From Perkinsela sp. CCAP 1560/9 (taxonomy: Eukaryota > Protista > Euglenozoa: Kinetoplastea), in the NCBI GenBank assembly GCA_965644495.1, contig CBFFSA010000053.1, positions 1 through 54,000 of the forward strand: a DNA stretch of 54,000 bases, written 5' to 3'. Below, in pieces: positions 20,201-31,743 of the stretch; the first letter of the stretch is position 1, and every line of letters starts with the position of its first letter. The translations under genes were made by a program, and so were the position numbers. The notes below the pieces were generated by a model. The model worked only from the letters and a program-made list of their open reading frames with translations, made no database searches and was not told the origin of the DNA.

Positions 20201-21147
20201 CTGCAGAAGGATTCTCACATGGGACTTTTATTGAAGCGTACAAAGGAATCAAACATGCATTTAGAAAGCACCAGCAATTATGTAAACCCGTACCTCTTCC
20301 GATACACTTTGATGATGCGTTTGGGCATCGGATTACATAACGCACCGGCCGATGTTATATGCCCTGGATGCTGTGGCCATGAATCTCCTACCAGCATTAT
20401 ACCACACGTCGCAGGATGCTCCCGGTGCTCGGGCATGAATTGCACCAGAAAGCACTCACACATAGTGAGGTACCTCGCAGATTTGTGCTCCAAAGCTGGT
20501 CTCCCTTGTATTATCGAACCGCGCATCCATTCTTCGTTTTTCTGTACTAAGTGCAAGTGTTCCATCTCAGCGGAAGTAGCTGAACATCATCCTTGCAAAG
20601 CCCGCAGAATCCGATCCGGTCCTGATCTTGCTATTATGTGGCCCCACATGGGGGAGGTCCTGTATGATTTTACCGTTGTTCACACTTGTTGCAGCAGCTA
20701 TGCCAAACAAACAAGTACAGCGCTGATGCAGCACGTGCTCGACAAGAAATTCAAGAAGTACGTTACGGAGAAAGGCGTAGAAAGCGACTCTTTTCGTTGC
20801 CTGGCCGCCTCTGACTGCGGTCTTCTGCACAACGACACCAAAACCCTCCTCAAGGCATTATCCCAACGAGCCAAACAAAAGTACGAAGACGTACGTGAGG
20901 CCTTCCAACTCGAGATAGAAAAGCTAGCAGCGTATACTATTGTATCGCAGCTCCGCGAGTATATTCCAGAAGCACATTGGATTGGTGGACTGCGTCAGTG
21001 AGTCGACCAACAAGTTCGCACATTAGAAAAGCTCTTAAAAGTTCTTATTATTATTCACAACGATTATCCGTGTTTAGAATGCCTGCGAGATTTAGGATAA
21101 TACGAACGATCTTTGGGAGAAGGCTCAGAAAAAAAAAAAAAAAAAAA
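17224..21147 (+). mobile_element. Lineage D REL retrotransposon copy 1, disrupted by a 241-bp insertion
   Basis: Same as D2-D5 apart from small 5' indels and the insertion at 18520-18760, which splits the ORF (17266..18585 and 18881..21001); A-run 21129-21147. Confidence 0.9.
18520..18760 (+). mobile_element. SINE-like / short retroposed insertion with 9-bp TSD and (AATC)n tail
   Basis: ATACGAATC is duplicated at 18511-18519 and 18761-18769; the insert is absent from D2-D5; hairpins include GTCAAATC-TTCG-GATTTGAC. Confidence 0.88.
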
Positions 21148-21566
21148 TAGAATATATTTTAGAAGAAAGAATTTTTCAGTCTTGAACCATACAAGATATT
21201 GGGCGTCCGGTGAAGTCAAGACCTTTGCTTGGCCCGTTCGATTTTGAAGAAATACAAGATTTTCGTAGTGAAAGTTCGAGCTCATAGCGGAAACTTTATG
21301 AATGAACTCGTGGACAAACTAGCGAACGAGGCAGCAGTCGAACTCGTGCGTGAACCAGTGAATCCCTCAACCACAGCGTGTAGAGTTATAAATTCTACGG
21401 CCGAATGCGGCCATAAGTGCCGTGATAAGGCCTCATGTCTACATTCCTGTTGTAAGCGACATTTAGGAGTAGCGAAGGATAATGTCAACATTTCTTTGTC
21501 ATAATAGTCGAACACTTAGCCACTTAGTCAGAAAGTGGTATATTATTATTATTATATTATTATTAA
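21148..21566 (+). pseudogene. 3' end of an RNase H LINE with Cys/His Zn motif and (TAT)n tail (repeated in each spacer)
   Basis: VKVRAHSGNFMNELVDKLANEAA (RNase H), CGHKCRDKASCLHSCCK, stop at 21504, then a tattattattatt tail. Confidence 0.72.
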
Positions 21567-22100
21567 GCTCGGAATATATCTCCGAATGTCTTATCAGGTG
21601 CCCTAGAAGTCGTGCCCGGTTTACCTTATGTAGTGTGGAGAATAATGGTGTGTCAACGTAAAGGGCAGTAAGAGGTATACTTTTCCCACGGTGGTCCAAT
21701 TTTGGGCAACGACATATGATGCGACGCATTTTGTTTACCTGAATGTCTACCCAATTTAACGTTTTATCCGTCAATACAAGAGTACCTGAGTTATAGTTCA
21801 GAACGGGGTAAACCAGTGTATCGAAAAGGCGAAGTTTAGTTTTCACAGATAGTGGTGATATCCATATTCCTTGAAATTTTGAGAAGCTTGCCCAGGTAAG
21901 CCGCACCCTGTCCCTAATGCACGCCTTGGGGTCCTGTTCATGAAAAAGGTGCCCTAGGTAACGGTAACTCTCGACGTGTGGAACCTTTCCCAATGTATCG
22001 GATATTATTTCTTCGATGTTGTTATTTTTTCCTATGCTCATCCAGGCGGTTTTGGTGGGCCCAACAGCAATCTTTAAATTCGCAGCAAGAATTGTGCATC
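21567..22100 (-). pseudogene. LINE RT domain 6/7-thumb fragment (repeated in each spacer)
   Basis: NLKIAVGPTKTAWM..VESYRYLGH..KTKLRLFDTLVYPVLNY..RARLLGHL. Confidence 0.72.
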
Positions 22101-22883
22101 ATAAATATTATAAGAAAGAAAGAAAGCACTAAGCAAAACAATATCTTCATTCCCCTCTTCTATCTGATATTTGATACGTTCAATTCTATGCACATTCAAA
22201 ATTCATATGAATACTTTTTTTTTTTTTTTTTTTTTTTTATCATGCAGTATGACTGCAGAGATTGTCACCTAAGAAAAATACACGCAGATCATGTATAAAC
22301 CCCGCACAAAACGGGTTTCCCTTAAGCTTTTCATCATCGCTATATGCTGGCTTCCGTCCAGCTCGGGTTATCGCGGTTTTGAAAAATCGCGAAACTTCCT
22401 CGTATTGCTCTTTTGACAAGCTTCTGTCGACATTGCGAGGCGGTGGCCTTGTTACCTCCGAAAAGTGAGTTGAGCGCTCGCGTAGAGGAGTTGAGCTTCC
22501 CTCTGGCCCCCACTTCGATGACAAGAAGAAAGGTTGCCGTGTTAGTCATTTTCCTTTCGAGTATGACCGGTCATAACATAACGAAATTAAATAATCCCAC
22601 AACACTTCTGTCCTCTCCCAGCTTGCGAACGGGTGACGCGGGGACCACCCATTCGCTCGTCCTACTTCCATTTACAACCCAATCGCACGTTGATGTATTT
22701 CAGCGGTGCCTACTCCGCCCAAATAAATCATAAGGAAATTCCGTATCGCTCACCGTGCCCGTGCTTCTCGATATTCACTGCTACATTGTTTTTTTTGCAT
22801 ATAATTGGGGGGAGTAGTATTGAGTCTAACTATTGAGTCTTTTCTGTACCTTGTTGATTTTAATTTTCTATTTTTCTACGCTT

Positions 22884-25800
22884 ATGACACGCCTTTCTCG
22901 TACGTCTTCTCGTTTAGATTCCGAAAACACGCGGAAAAAGGGCAGCAGAACAACAGTGAACAACGGGAAGTCTCACGGGAGAGTTGAAAAACAACGTACT
23001 CAACGAGATCAAAGCAAGACGAACGGAATAAAGGTAGCAGAAGAATCAGGATCGCACACGGAGACACCAGTGAAGGTGAAGAAGACTCCAAAGATCAAGA
23101 TAATAGGTTCCAAAACACTAGCCCCGAATTGGGCGGACCATGAGCCTCCGTGTGAAATCACATCGCGGAATCTAATCAAAATCAAAGCCAAGAACTTCCG
23201 CATCGGATCTACGAGTCAATCACACGAGAACATAGCCCATGACGAAAACCATATCCAAGAGGACCCAGCCAAAGAAATGTCCGAAACAGAAAGCGAGACC
23301 AGTGATACAATGTGTCTGGACGACGATGGATCGACGCAAGATCGAGTACAGGAGCTAATGACACAGGCCGGCAACAAATCGCCCGACCAAGTGTACAACA
23401 TCGTTTCCAAGTGGGGCAAGGGTACAGAATGTGTGATCGAATGGGGCTTCCGACAGAACACTACAAACTACAAGTCAAACGGCATCGTTGTAGGCAGGAC
23501 CGTGCGAAAATCAACCGTGAAAGTCAAGATTTCATACGAGCCGGCTCTAGGTCACGATGGTCCATGCGGTTTTCTTTATCTTCCACCGTCCAATAAAATC
23601 AGAATCTGTAACCTCCAAGCCACTAAGTTATTCAAAATCGAGATGCCGACACAAAATTTGGAGGAACAAGCGGAGCACATCTCATGCGAAGACGGTCAGA
23701 GTGACCTTGATCCGCTCCCGCCTATGGCTCAAATAGACCCATCTTTCGCGGTTCATGTTGTGGCGATTTTCCGTGCGATAATTCGGGGATATGCAGCGGC
23801 GGAGCTTGACTCAGAAAAAGAGGCGATATGGCACAAATTTTTGAATGCGCCTCGCGATTCACTTGCGACAGTACGTCAAGCAATTCGACGAAACCAAAAA
23901 GTAGCTCATGTTCGCAACGACCGAGAAAACTTGGAAGCTAGCAACTTGAGTGCGGAACAACGGGCGGAGTTAGAAATTGACAGGCGTTCGATCAGGCACG
24001 CCCTACAGACGGCGCGGGCAGGAAACCTTGGCAAAGCAACTCGGATCCTGGACAATGTCTACAAGGAATCAGCTCTCACTCCTGAAGAAAAAGTGCGAAA
24101 GCTTCAACAACTTCATCCTGAAGGCGACGCCATACGAATCCCGGAAGCAGACTTCCCACGGACTGGCGTTGTTGAGAAATCAGAGGTTCGCCTAGCGACC
24201 GAAAAATTATCCAGAGGCGCTTCACCAGGACCAACCGGCCTGAGTGAAAGCATGATGCGACTGCTCGTAGACGACGAAGAGTCATGTCTTTCACTTTGCC
24301 ACATGCTTCGGGATGTCATCAACGGCGAAGTTCCTCTGAATGTGCGAAAACGTCTAACCCGATGCAGAATCATCGCGCTAGCGAAACCTCAAAATGGAAT
24401 TCGACCTATTGCGATGGGGGATACCATTCTGAAGATTTGCGGTTCCATCCTTCTACAACGACATGAAAACGCTCTGCAAAATTTTTTCTCCCCAATTCAA
24501 CGAGGCATTTTGCAAAAAAACGCATGTGAGTCCATCGTTCACGAACTTTTAAATGAATACGAAGAAGGACATGCTATCCTCACCGTCGATTTTAGCAACG
24601 CGTATAATACACCACAACGCAACGCCATTGCTGAGGCACTCCTTGGTAATCCCATTTTCAAGCCTTTCATGCGCCTATTCTACCTAGAATATGGGATTCC
24701 CTCTGAGCTGCTATTTTTTGCGCACAATGCTCTGTTTGCTACCATCGAAAGCTCTTCAGGAATTCGCCAAGGATCGGCACTTTCATCAATGTACTTCTGC
24801 GCACTTTTGCAAGGCCCGCTACGAGAACTCATGCACCTCTATCCTGACGTGAAGATCCGAGCATACCAAGACGATGTGACTTTGAGCTCCAAAAACGTGC
24901 AAGCATTGGAGGCAGCTTTCTTTTACCTGCGTGAGATCGCCGCAGAGATGAACCTCCGAATTAATTTCCAGAAATGCGATTGGTTTCAGAAGAACATTCC
25001 CAACATAGCTCAGCCTCCTCCGTTGGAAAAACTTGGAGTAAACTTTTGCAGTGATGCGATAAAAGTCTTAGGCGCATACGTAGGTACAGACCAAGTCGTG
25101 GAAAATCTGCTGATCAAGAAAATGGAGAAACACAAGTGCCTATTCCGCAGGTTGTTGCTTATGGGTCCCAGTAATTTGTCTCTTGCCATTCTCCGCCGTT
25201 GTACGATTCCACGGCACGATTACCATCTACGAGTACATCGGCCAGGCGCTACTTTCCAACTAGCACAATCCTTCGAGAACCAAGTAAACAAAGTTCTAGA
25301 AAAGTGGAGTGGAGCAGACGCAAACGCCCTGAAACTCGCCGCTCTACCACAGAAACTCGGTGGCCTAGGCTTAATTTCCTCGACTCTGAAGCAAAAACAT
25401 TTCTTCGAAACTGCCAGCAAATCTATTGATGAGCACCTTAAACCCAATAACGCTCCGGTAGATCAGAAAGGCAGCGAAAAAGCTATGAAACAACCGCAAA
25501 GTCGAGGAGAGGCAGCGCGCAAGCTATTGAAAAAGAAGCTAAGTGCAGAACACGATAAACAGATAACTGAGCTGCAGAAGGATTCTCACATGGGACTTTT
25601 ATTGAAGCGTACAAAGGAATCAAACATGCATTTAGAAAGCACCAGCAATTATGTAAACCCGTACCTCTTCCGATACACTTTGATGATGCGTTTGGGCATC
25701 GGATTACATAACGCACCGGCCGATGTTATATGCCCTGGATGCTGTGGCCATGAATCTCCTACCAGCATTATACCACACGTCGCAGGATGCTCCCGGTGCT

Positions 25801-26372
25801 CGGGCATGAATTGCACCAGAAAGCACTCACACATAGTGAGGTACCTCGCAGATTTGTGCTCCAAAGCTGGTCTCCCTTGTATTATCGAACCGCGCATCCA
25901 TTCTTCGTTTTTCTGTACTAAGTGCAAGTGTTCCATCTCAGCGGAAGTAGCTGAACATCATCCTTGCAAAGCCCGCAGAATCCGATCCGGTCCTGATCTT
26001 GCTATTATGTGGCCCCACATGGGGGAGGTCCTGTATGATTTTACCGTTGTTCACACTTGTTGCAGCAGCTATGCCAAACAAACAAGTACAGCGCTGATGC
26101 AGCACGTGCTCGACAAGAAATTCAAGAAGTACGTTACGGAGAAAGGCGTAGAAATCGACTCTTTTCGTTGCCTGGCCGCCTCTGACTGCGGTCTTCTGCA
26201 CAACGACACCAAAACCCTCCTCAAGGCATTATCCCAACGAGCCAAACAAAAGTACGAAGACGTACGTGAGGCCTTCCAACTCGAGATAGAAAAGCTAGCA
26301 GCGTATACTATTGTATCGCAGCTCCGCGAGTATATTCCAGAAGCACATTGGATTGGTGGACTGCGTCAGTGA
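22884..26372 (+). CDS. Lineage D RT-REL protein copy 2 (1162 aa from first ATG)
   Basis: GIRPIAMGD, DFSNAYN, GIRQGSALSS, YQDD, GGLGL, CPGC..HVAGC, RKH, GPD, YDFTVVH. Confidence 0.9.
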   Translation: MTRLSRTSSRLDSENTRKKGSRTTVNNGKSHGRVEKQRTQRDQSKTNGIKVAEESGSHTETPVKVKKTPKIKIIGSKTLAPNWADHEPPCEITSRNLIKIKAKNFRIGSTSQSHENIAHDENHIQEDPAKEMSETESETSDTMCLDDDGSTQDRVQELMTQAGNKSPDQVYNIVSKWGKGTECVIEWGFRQNTTNYKSNGIVVGRTVRKSTVKVKISYEPALGHDGPCGFLYLPPSNKIRICNLQATKLFKIEMPTQNLEEQAEHISCEDGQSDLDPLPPMAQIDPSFAVHVVAIFRAIIRGYAAAELDSEKEAIWHKFLNAPRDSLATVRQAIRRNQKVAHVRNDRENLEASNLSAEQRAELEIDRRSIRHALQTARAGNLGKATRILDNVYKESALTPEEKVRKLQQLHPEGDAIRIPEADFPRTGVVEKSEVRLATEKLSRGASPGPTGLSESMMRLLVDDEESCLSLCHMLRDVINGEVPLNVRKRLTRCRIIALAKPQNGIRPIAMGDTILKICGSILLQRHENALQNFFSPIQRGILQKNACESIVHELLNEYEEGHAILTVDFSNAYNTPQRNAIAEALLGNPIFKPFMRLFYLEYGIPSELLFFAHNALFATIESSSGIRQGSALSSMYFCALLQGPLRELMHLYPDVKIRAYQDDVTLSSKNVQALEAAFFYLREIAAEMNLRINFQKCDWFQKNIPNIAQPPPLEKLGVNFCSDAIKVLGAYVGTDQVVENLLIKKMEKHKCLFRRLLLMGPSNLSLAILRRCTIPRHDYHLRVHRPGATFQLAQSFENQVNKVLEKWSGADANALKLAALPQKLGGLGLISSTLKQKHFFETASKSIDEHLKPNNAPVDQKGSEKAMKQPQSRGEAARKLLKKKLSAEHDKQITELQKDSHMGLLLKRTKESNMHLESTSNYVNPYLFRYTLMMRLGIGLHNAPADVICPGCCGHESPTSIIPHVAGCSRCSGMNCTRKHSHIVRYLADLCSKAGLPCIIEPRIHSSFFCTKCKCSISAEVAEHHPCKARRIRSGPDLAIMWPHMGEVLYDFTVVHTCCSSYAKQTSTALMQHVLDKKFKKYVTEKGVEIDSFRCLAASDCGLLHNDTKTLLKALSQRAKQKYEDVREAFQLEIEKLAAYTIVSQLREYIPEAHWIGGLRQ

Positions 26373-28254
26373 GTCGACCAACAAGTTCGCACATTAGAAA
26401 AGCTCTTAAAAGTTCTTATTATTATTCACAACGATTATCCGTGTTTAGAATGCCTGCGAGATTTAGGATAATACGAACGATCTTTGGGAGAAGGCTCAGA
26501 AAAAAAAAAAAAAAAAATAGAATATATTTTAGAAGAAAGAATTTTTCAGTCTTGAACCATACAAGATATTGGGCGTCCGGTGAAGTCAAGACCTTTGCTT
26601 GGCCCGTTCGATTTTGAAGAAATACAAGATTTTCGTAGTGAAAGTTCGAGCTCATAGCGGAAACTTTATGAATGAACTCGTGGACAAACTAGCGAACGAG
26701 GCAGCAGTCGAACTCGTGCGTGAACCAGTGAATCCCTCAACCACAGCGTGTAGAGTTATAAATTCTACGGCCGAATGCGGCCATAAGTGCCGTGATAAGG
26801 CCTCATGTCTACATTCCTGTTGTAAGCGACATTTAGGAGTAGCGAAGGATAATGTCAACATTTCTTTGTCATAATAGTCGAACACTTAGCCACTTAGTCA
26901 GAAAGTGGTATATTATTATTATTATATTATTATTAAGCTCGGAATATATCTCCGAATGTCTTATCAGGTGCCCTAGAAGTCGTGCCCGGTTTACCTTATG
27001 TAGTGTGGAGAATAATGGTGTGTCAACGTAAAGGGCAGTAAGAGGTATACTTTTACCACGGTGGTCCAATTTTGGGCAACGACATATGATGCGACGCATT
27101 TTGTTTACCTGAATGTCTACCCAATTTAACGTTTTATCCGTCAATACAAGAGTACCTGAGTTATAGTTCAGAACGGGGTAAACCAGTGTATCGAAAAGGC
27201 GAAGTTTAGTTTTCACAGATAGTGGTGATATCCATATTCCTTGAAATTTTGAGAAGCTTGCCCAGGTAAGCCGCACCCTGTCCCTAATGCACGCCTTGGG
27301 GTCCTGTTCATGAAAAAGGTGCCCTAGGTAACGGTAACTCTCGACGTGTGGAACCTTTCCCAATGTATCGGATATTATTTCTTCGATGTTGTTATTTTTT
27401 CCTATGCTCATCCAGGCGGTTTTGGTGGGCCCAACAGCAATCTTTAAATTCGCAGCAAGAATTGTGCATCATAAATATTATAAGAAAGAAAGAAAGCACT
27501 AAGCAAAACAATATCTTCATTCCCCTCTTCTATCTGATATTTGATACGTTCAATTCTATGCACATTCAAAATTCATATGAATACTTTTTTTTTTTTTTTT
27601 TTTTTTTTTATCATGCAGTATGACTGCAGAGATTGTCACCTAAGAAAAATACACGCAGATCATGTATAAACCCCGCACAAAACGGGTTTCCCTTAAGCTT
27701 TTCATCATCGCTATATGCTGGCTTCCGTCCAGCTCGGGTTATCGCGGTTTTGAAAAATCGCGAAACTTCCTCGTATTGCTCTTTTGACAAGCTTCTGTCG
27801 ACATTGCGAGGCGGTGGCCTTGTTACCTCCGAAAAGTGAGTTGAGCGCTCGCGTAGAGGAGTTGAGCTTCCCTCTGGCCCCCACTTCGATGACAAGAAGA
27901 AAGGTTGCCGTGTTAGTCATTTTCCTTTCGAGTATGACCGGTCATAACATAACGAAATTAAATAATCCCACAACACTTCTGTCCTCTCCCAGCTTGCGAA
28001 CGGGTGACGCGGGGACCACCCATTCGCTCGTCCTACTTCCATTTACAACCCAATCGCACGTTGATGTATTTCAGCGGTGCCTACTCCGCCCAAATAAATC
28101 ATAAGGAAATTCCGTATCGCTCACCGTGCCCGTGCTTCTCGATATTCACTGCTACATTGTTTTTTTTGCATATAATTGGGGGGAGTAGTATTGAGTCTAA
28201 CTATTGAGTCTTTTCTGTACCTTGTTGATTTTAATTTTCTATTTTTCTACGCTT

Positions 28255-31200
28255 ATGACACGCCTTTCTCGTACGTCTTCTCGTTTAGATTCCGAAAACA
28301 CGCGGAAAAAGGGCAGCAGAACAACAGTGAACAACGGGAAGTCTCACGGGAGAGTTGAAAAACAACGTACTCAACGAGATCAAAGCAAGACGAACGGAAT
28401 AAAGGTAGCAGAAGAATCAGGATCGCACACGGAGACACCAGTGAAGGTGAAGAAGACTCCAAAGATCAAGATAATAGGTTCCAAAACACTAGCCCCGAAT
28501 TGGGCGGACCATGAGCCTCCGTGTGAAATCACATCGCGGAATCTAATCAAAATCAAAGCCAAGAACTTCCGCATCGGATCTACGAGTCAATCACACGAGA
28601 ACATAGCCCATGACGAAAACCATATCCAAGAGGACCCAGCCAAAGAAATGTCCGAAACAGAAAGCGAGACCAGTGATACAATGTGTCTGGACGACGATGG
28701 ATCGACGCAAGATCGAGTACAGGAGCTAATGACACAGGCCGGCAACAAATCGCCCGACCAAGTGTACAACATCGTTTCCAAGTGGGGCAAGGGTACAGAA
28801 TGTGTGATCGAATGGGGCTTCCGACAGAACACTACAAACTACAAGTCAAACGGCATCGTTGTAGGCAGGACCGTGCGAAAATCAACCGTGAAAGTCAAGA
28901 TTTCATACGAGCCGGCTCTAGGTCACGATGGTCCATGCGGTTTTCTTTATCTTCCACCGTCCAATAAAATCAGAATCTGTAACCTCCAAGCCACTAAGTT
29001 ATTCAAAATCGAGATGCCGACACAAAATTTGGAGGAACAAGCGGAGCACATCTCATGCGAAGACGGTCAGAGTGACCTTGATCCGCTCCCGCCTATGGCT
29101 CAAATAGACCCATCTTTCGCGGTTCATGTTGTGGCGATTTTCCGTGCGATAATTCGGGGATATGCAGCGGCGGAGCTTGACTCAGAAAAAGAGGCGATAT
29201 GGCACAAATTTTTGAATGCGCCTCGCGATTCACTTGCGACAGTACGTCAAGCAATTCGACGAAACCAAAAAGTAGCTCATGTTCGCAACGACCGAGAAAA
29301 CTTGGAAGCTAGAAACTTGAGTGCGGAACAACGGGCGGAGTTAGAAATTGACAGGCGTTCGATCAGGCACGCCCTACAGACGGCGCGGGCAGGAAACCTT
29401 GGCAAAGCAACTCGGATCCTGGACAATGTCTACAAGGAATCAGCTCTCACTCCTGAAGAAAAAGTGCGAAAGCTTCAACAACTTCATCCTGAAGGCGACG
29501 CCATACGAATCCCGGAAGCAGACTTCCCACGGACTGGCGTTGTTGAGAAATCAGAGGTTCGCCTAGCGACCGAAAAATTATCCAGAGGCGCTTCACCAGG
29601 ACCAACCGGCCTGAGTGAAAGCATGATGCGACTGCTCGTAGACGACGAAGAGTCATGTCTTTCACTTTGCCACATGCTTCGGGATGTCATCAACGGCGAA
29701 GTTCCTCTGAATGTGCGAAAACGTCTAACCCGATGCGGAATCATCGCGCTAGCGAAACCTCAAAATGGAATTCGACCTATTGCGATGGGGGATACCATTC
29801 TGAAGATTTGCGGTTCCATCCTTCTACAACGACATGAAAACGCTCTGCAAAATTTTTTCTCCCCAATTCAACGAGGCATTTTGCAAAAAAACGCATGTGA
29901 GTCCATCGTTCACGAACTTTTAAATGAATACGAAGAAGGACATGCTATCCTCACCGTCGATTTTAGCAACGCGTATAATACACCACAACGCAACGCCATT
30001 GCTGAGGCACTCCTTGGTAATCCCATTTTCAAGCCTTTCATGCGCCTATTCTACCTAGAATATGGGATTCCCTCTGAGCTGCTATTTTTTGCGCACAATG
30101 CTCTGTTTGCTACCATCGAAAGCTCTTCAGGAATTCGCCAAGGATCGGCACTTTCATCAATGTACTTCTGCGCACTTTTGCAAGGCCCGCTACGAGAACT
30201 CATGCACCTCTATCCTGACGTGAAGATCCGAGCATACCAAGACGATGTGACTTTGAGCTCCAAAAACGTGCAAGCATTGGAGGCAGCTTTCTTTTACCTG
30301 CGTGAGATCGCCGCAGAGATGAACCTCCGAATTAATTTCCAGAAATGCGATTGGTTTCAGAAGAACATTCCCAACATAGCTCAGCCTCCTCCGTTGGAAA
30401 AACTTGGAGTAAACTTTTGCAGTGATGCGATAAAAGTCTTAGGCGCATACGTAGGTACAGACCAAGTCGTGGAAAATCTGCTGATCAAGAAAATGGAGAA
30501 ACACAAGTGCCTATTCCGCAGGTTGTTGCTTATGGGTCCCAGTAATTTGTCTCTTGCCATTCTCCGCCGTTGTACGATTCCACGGCACGATTACCATCTA
30601 CGAGTACATCGGCCAGGCGCTACTTTCCAACTAGCACAATCCTTCGAGAACCAAGTAAACAAAGTTCTAGAAAAGTGGAGTGGAGCAGACGCAAACGCCC
30701 TGAAACTCGCCGCTCTACCACAGAAACTCGGTGGCCTAGGCTTAATTTCCTCGACTCTGAAGCAAAAACATTTCTTCGAAACTGCCAGCAAATCTATTGA
30801 TGAGCACCTTAAACCCAATAACGCTCCGGTAGATCAGAAAGGCAGCGAAAAAGCTATGAAACAACCGCAAAGTCGAGGAGAGGCAGCGCGCAAGCTATTG
30901 AAAAAGAAGCTAAGTGCAGAACACGATAAACAGATAACTGAGCTGCAGAAGGATTCTCACATGGGACTTTTATTGAAGCGTACAAAGGAATCAAACATGC
31001 ATTTAGAAAGCACCAGCAATTATGTAAACCCGTACCTCTTCCGATACACTTTGATGATGCGTTTGGGCATCGGATTACATAACGCACCGGCCGATGTTAT
31101 ATGCCCTGGATGCTGTGGCCATGAATCTCCTACCAGCATTATACCACACGTCGCAGGATGCTCCCGGTGCTCGGGCATGAATTGCACCAGAAAGCACTCA

Positions 31201-31743
31201 CACATAGTGAGGTACCTCGCAGATTTGTGCTCCAAAGCTGGTCTCCCTTGTATTATCGAACCGCGCATCCATTCTTCGTTTTTCTGTACTAAGTGCAAGT
31301 GTTCCATCTCAGCGGAAGTAGCTGAACATCATCCTTGCAAAGCCCGCAGAATCCGATCCGGTCCTGATCTTGCTATTATGTGGCCCCACATGGGGGAGGT
31401 CCTGTATGATTTTACCGTTGTTCACACTTGTTGCAGCAGCTATGCCAAACAAACAAGTACAGCGCTGATGCAGCACGTGCTCGACAAGAAATTCAAGAAG
31501 TACGTTACGGAGAAAGGCGTAGAAAGCGACTCTTTTCGTTGCCTGGCCGCCTCTGACTGCGGTCTTCTGCACAACGACACCAAAACCCTCCTCAAGGCAT
31601 TATCCCAACGAGCCAAACAAAAGTACGAAGACGTACGTGAGGCCTTCCAACTCGAGATAGAAAAGCTAGCAGCGTATACTATTGTATCGCAGCTCCGCGA
31701 GTATATTCCAGAAGCACATTGGATTGGTGGACTGCGTCAGTGA
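28255..31743 (+). CDS. Lineage D RT-REL protein copy 3
   Basis: As copy 2; two private substitutions (S>R, R>G). Confidence 0.9.
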   Translation: MTRLSRTSSRLDSENTRKKGSRTTVNNGKSHGRVEKQRTQRDQSKTNGIKVAEESGSHTETPVKVKKTPKIKIIGSKTLAPNWADHEPPCEITSRNLIKIKAKNFRIGSTSQSHENIAHDENHIQEDPAKEMSETESETSDTMCLDDDGSTQDRVQELMTQAGNKSPDQVYNIVSKWGKGTECVIEWGFRQNTTNYKSNGIVVGRTVRKSTVKVKISYEPALGHDGPCGFLYLPPSNKIRICNLQATKLFKIEMPTQNLEEQAEHISCEDGQSDLDPLPPMAQIDPSFAVHVVAIFRAIIRGYAAAELDSEKEAIWHKFLNAPRDSLATVRQAIRRNQKVAHVRNDRENLEARNLSAEQRAELEIDRRSIRHALQTARAGNLGKATRILDNVYKESALTPEEKVRKLQQLHPEGDAIRIPEADFPRTGVVEKSEVRLATEKLSRGASPGPTGLSESMMRLLVDDEESCLSLCHMLRDVINGEVPLNVRKRLTRCGIIALAKPQNGIRPIAMGDTILKICGSILLQRHENALQNFFSPIQRGILQKNACESIVHELLNEYEEGHAILTVDFSNAYNTPQRNAIAEALLGNPIFKPFMRLFYLEYGIPSELLFFAHNALFATIESSSGIRQGSALSSMYFCALLQGPLRELMHLYPDVKIRAYQDDVTLSSKNVQALEAAFFYLREIAAEMNLRINFQKCDWFQKNIPNIAQPPPLEKLGVNFCSDAIKVLGAYVGTDQVVENLLIKKMEKHKCLFRRLLLMGPSNLSLAILRRCTIPRHDYHLRVHRPGATFQLAQSFENQVNKVLEKWSGADANALKLAALPQKLGGLGLISSTLKQKHFFETASKSIDEHLKPNNAPVDQKGSEKAMKQPQSRGEAARKLLKKKLSAEHDKQITELQKDSHMGLLLKRTKESNMHLESTSNYVNPYLFRYTLMMRLGIGLHNAPADVICPGCCGHESPTSIIPHVAGCSRCSGMNCTRKHSHIVRYLADLCSKAGLPCIIEPRIHSSFFCTKCKCSISAEVAEHHPCKARRIRSGPDLAIMWPHMGEVLYDFTVVHTCCSSYAKQTSTALMQHVLDKKFKKYVTEKGVESDSFRCLAASDCGLLHNDTKTLLKALSQRAKQKYEDVREAFQLEIEKLAAYTIVSQLREYIPEAHWIGGLRQ

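Noticed and set aside
22240-22524. 94-aa minus-strand ORF as a real gene
   Set aside because: Non-ATG start and no recognisable motif; kept only as an unassigned polyadenylated fragment.
22833-22883. ORF-track TTG starts for D, C and E, and the N-termini of ORFs 2375..4483 and 16481..17245
   Set aside because: They begin in SL, UTR or poly(A) junction sequence; in a eukaryote the first ATG is more plausible, and the fusions are junction artefacts.
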